From positions 11,091-75,090 of the forward strand of contig JBBSXO010000002.1 in assembly GCA_038045705.1 (NCBI GenBank): a stretch of DNA of 64,000 bases, read 5' to 3'. Source of the stretch: Nanobdellota archaeon (GTDB taxonomy: Archaea; Nanobdellota; Nanobdellia; Pacearchaeales; GW2011-AR1). A program made the position numbers and the translations under genes. Shown here piece after piece: positions 63,886-64,000 of the stretch (position 1 is the first letter of the stretch; each line of letters begins with the position of its first letter). A model generated the notes under the pieces. It was given only the letters and a program-made list of their open reading frames with translations, was not told the origin of the DNA and searched no databases.

Positions 63886-64000
63886 ATTATAATCGTTATA
63901 ATAATTATAATGGCTATAATATATAAATCTTCGTATTTCAATATAGTTTGTGTTGGTGAATGTGTATCAAGTTCGGACAGTACATAATTAATCTAATTTA

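Overview
AT-rich (about 30-35% GC by eye), tightly packed archaeal segment, most consistent with a small-genome DPANN-type archaeon. Supporting evidence: an rpoH-rpoB-rpoA operon, ribosomal proteins uL16(L10e) and eL33(L35Ae), an archaeal-type ThrRS with an N-terminal editing domain, pilins with class III signal peptides, intron-containing tRNAs and mostly leaderless-looking promoters.

Positions 1-52.4 kb are mainly housekeeping genes: RNA polymerase, DEAD-box helicase plus Csp, class II RNR, NifS-like desulfurase, Xth, LemA/HtpX, ThrRS, GluRS and PEP synthase. Scattered among them are unusual items:
- rpoA in one continuous frame rather than split into A' and A''
- a bacterial-type sigma-70/ECF-like protein
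- a GH24 lysozyme
- a surface protein with a degenerate cyclase-like domain
- an uncharacterised three-gene operon at 36.2-40.4 kb

The most striking region begins at an intron-containing tRNA-Gly (52454-52557). Its GC-rich 3' end recurs as direct copies at 54018 and 58854, with more degenerate or inverted relatives further on. From there to the window end, small cassettes of 1-4 genes are separated by GC-richer, palindromic, mutually related spacers. The cassettes carry two TrmB-like regulators, a macro-domain operon, RHH/PIN, Fic, an orphan AbrB antitoxin, MNT-HEPN, a RelE-like trio and an RHH-RelE/Gp49-like pair.

No integrase, transposase, CRISPR array, cas gene or rRNA is visible in the window. 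All protein calls rest on motifs I recognised in the supplied translations; no database search was run.
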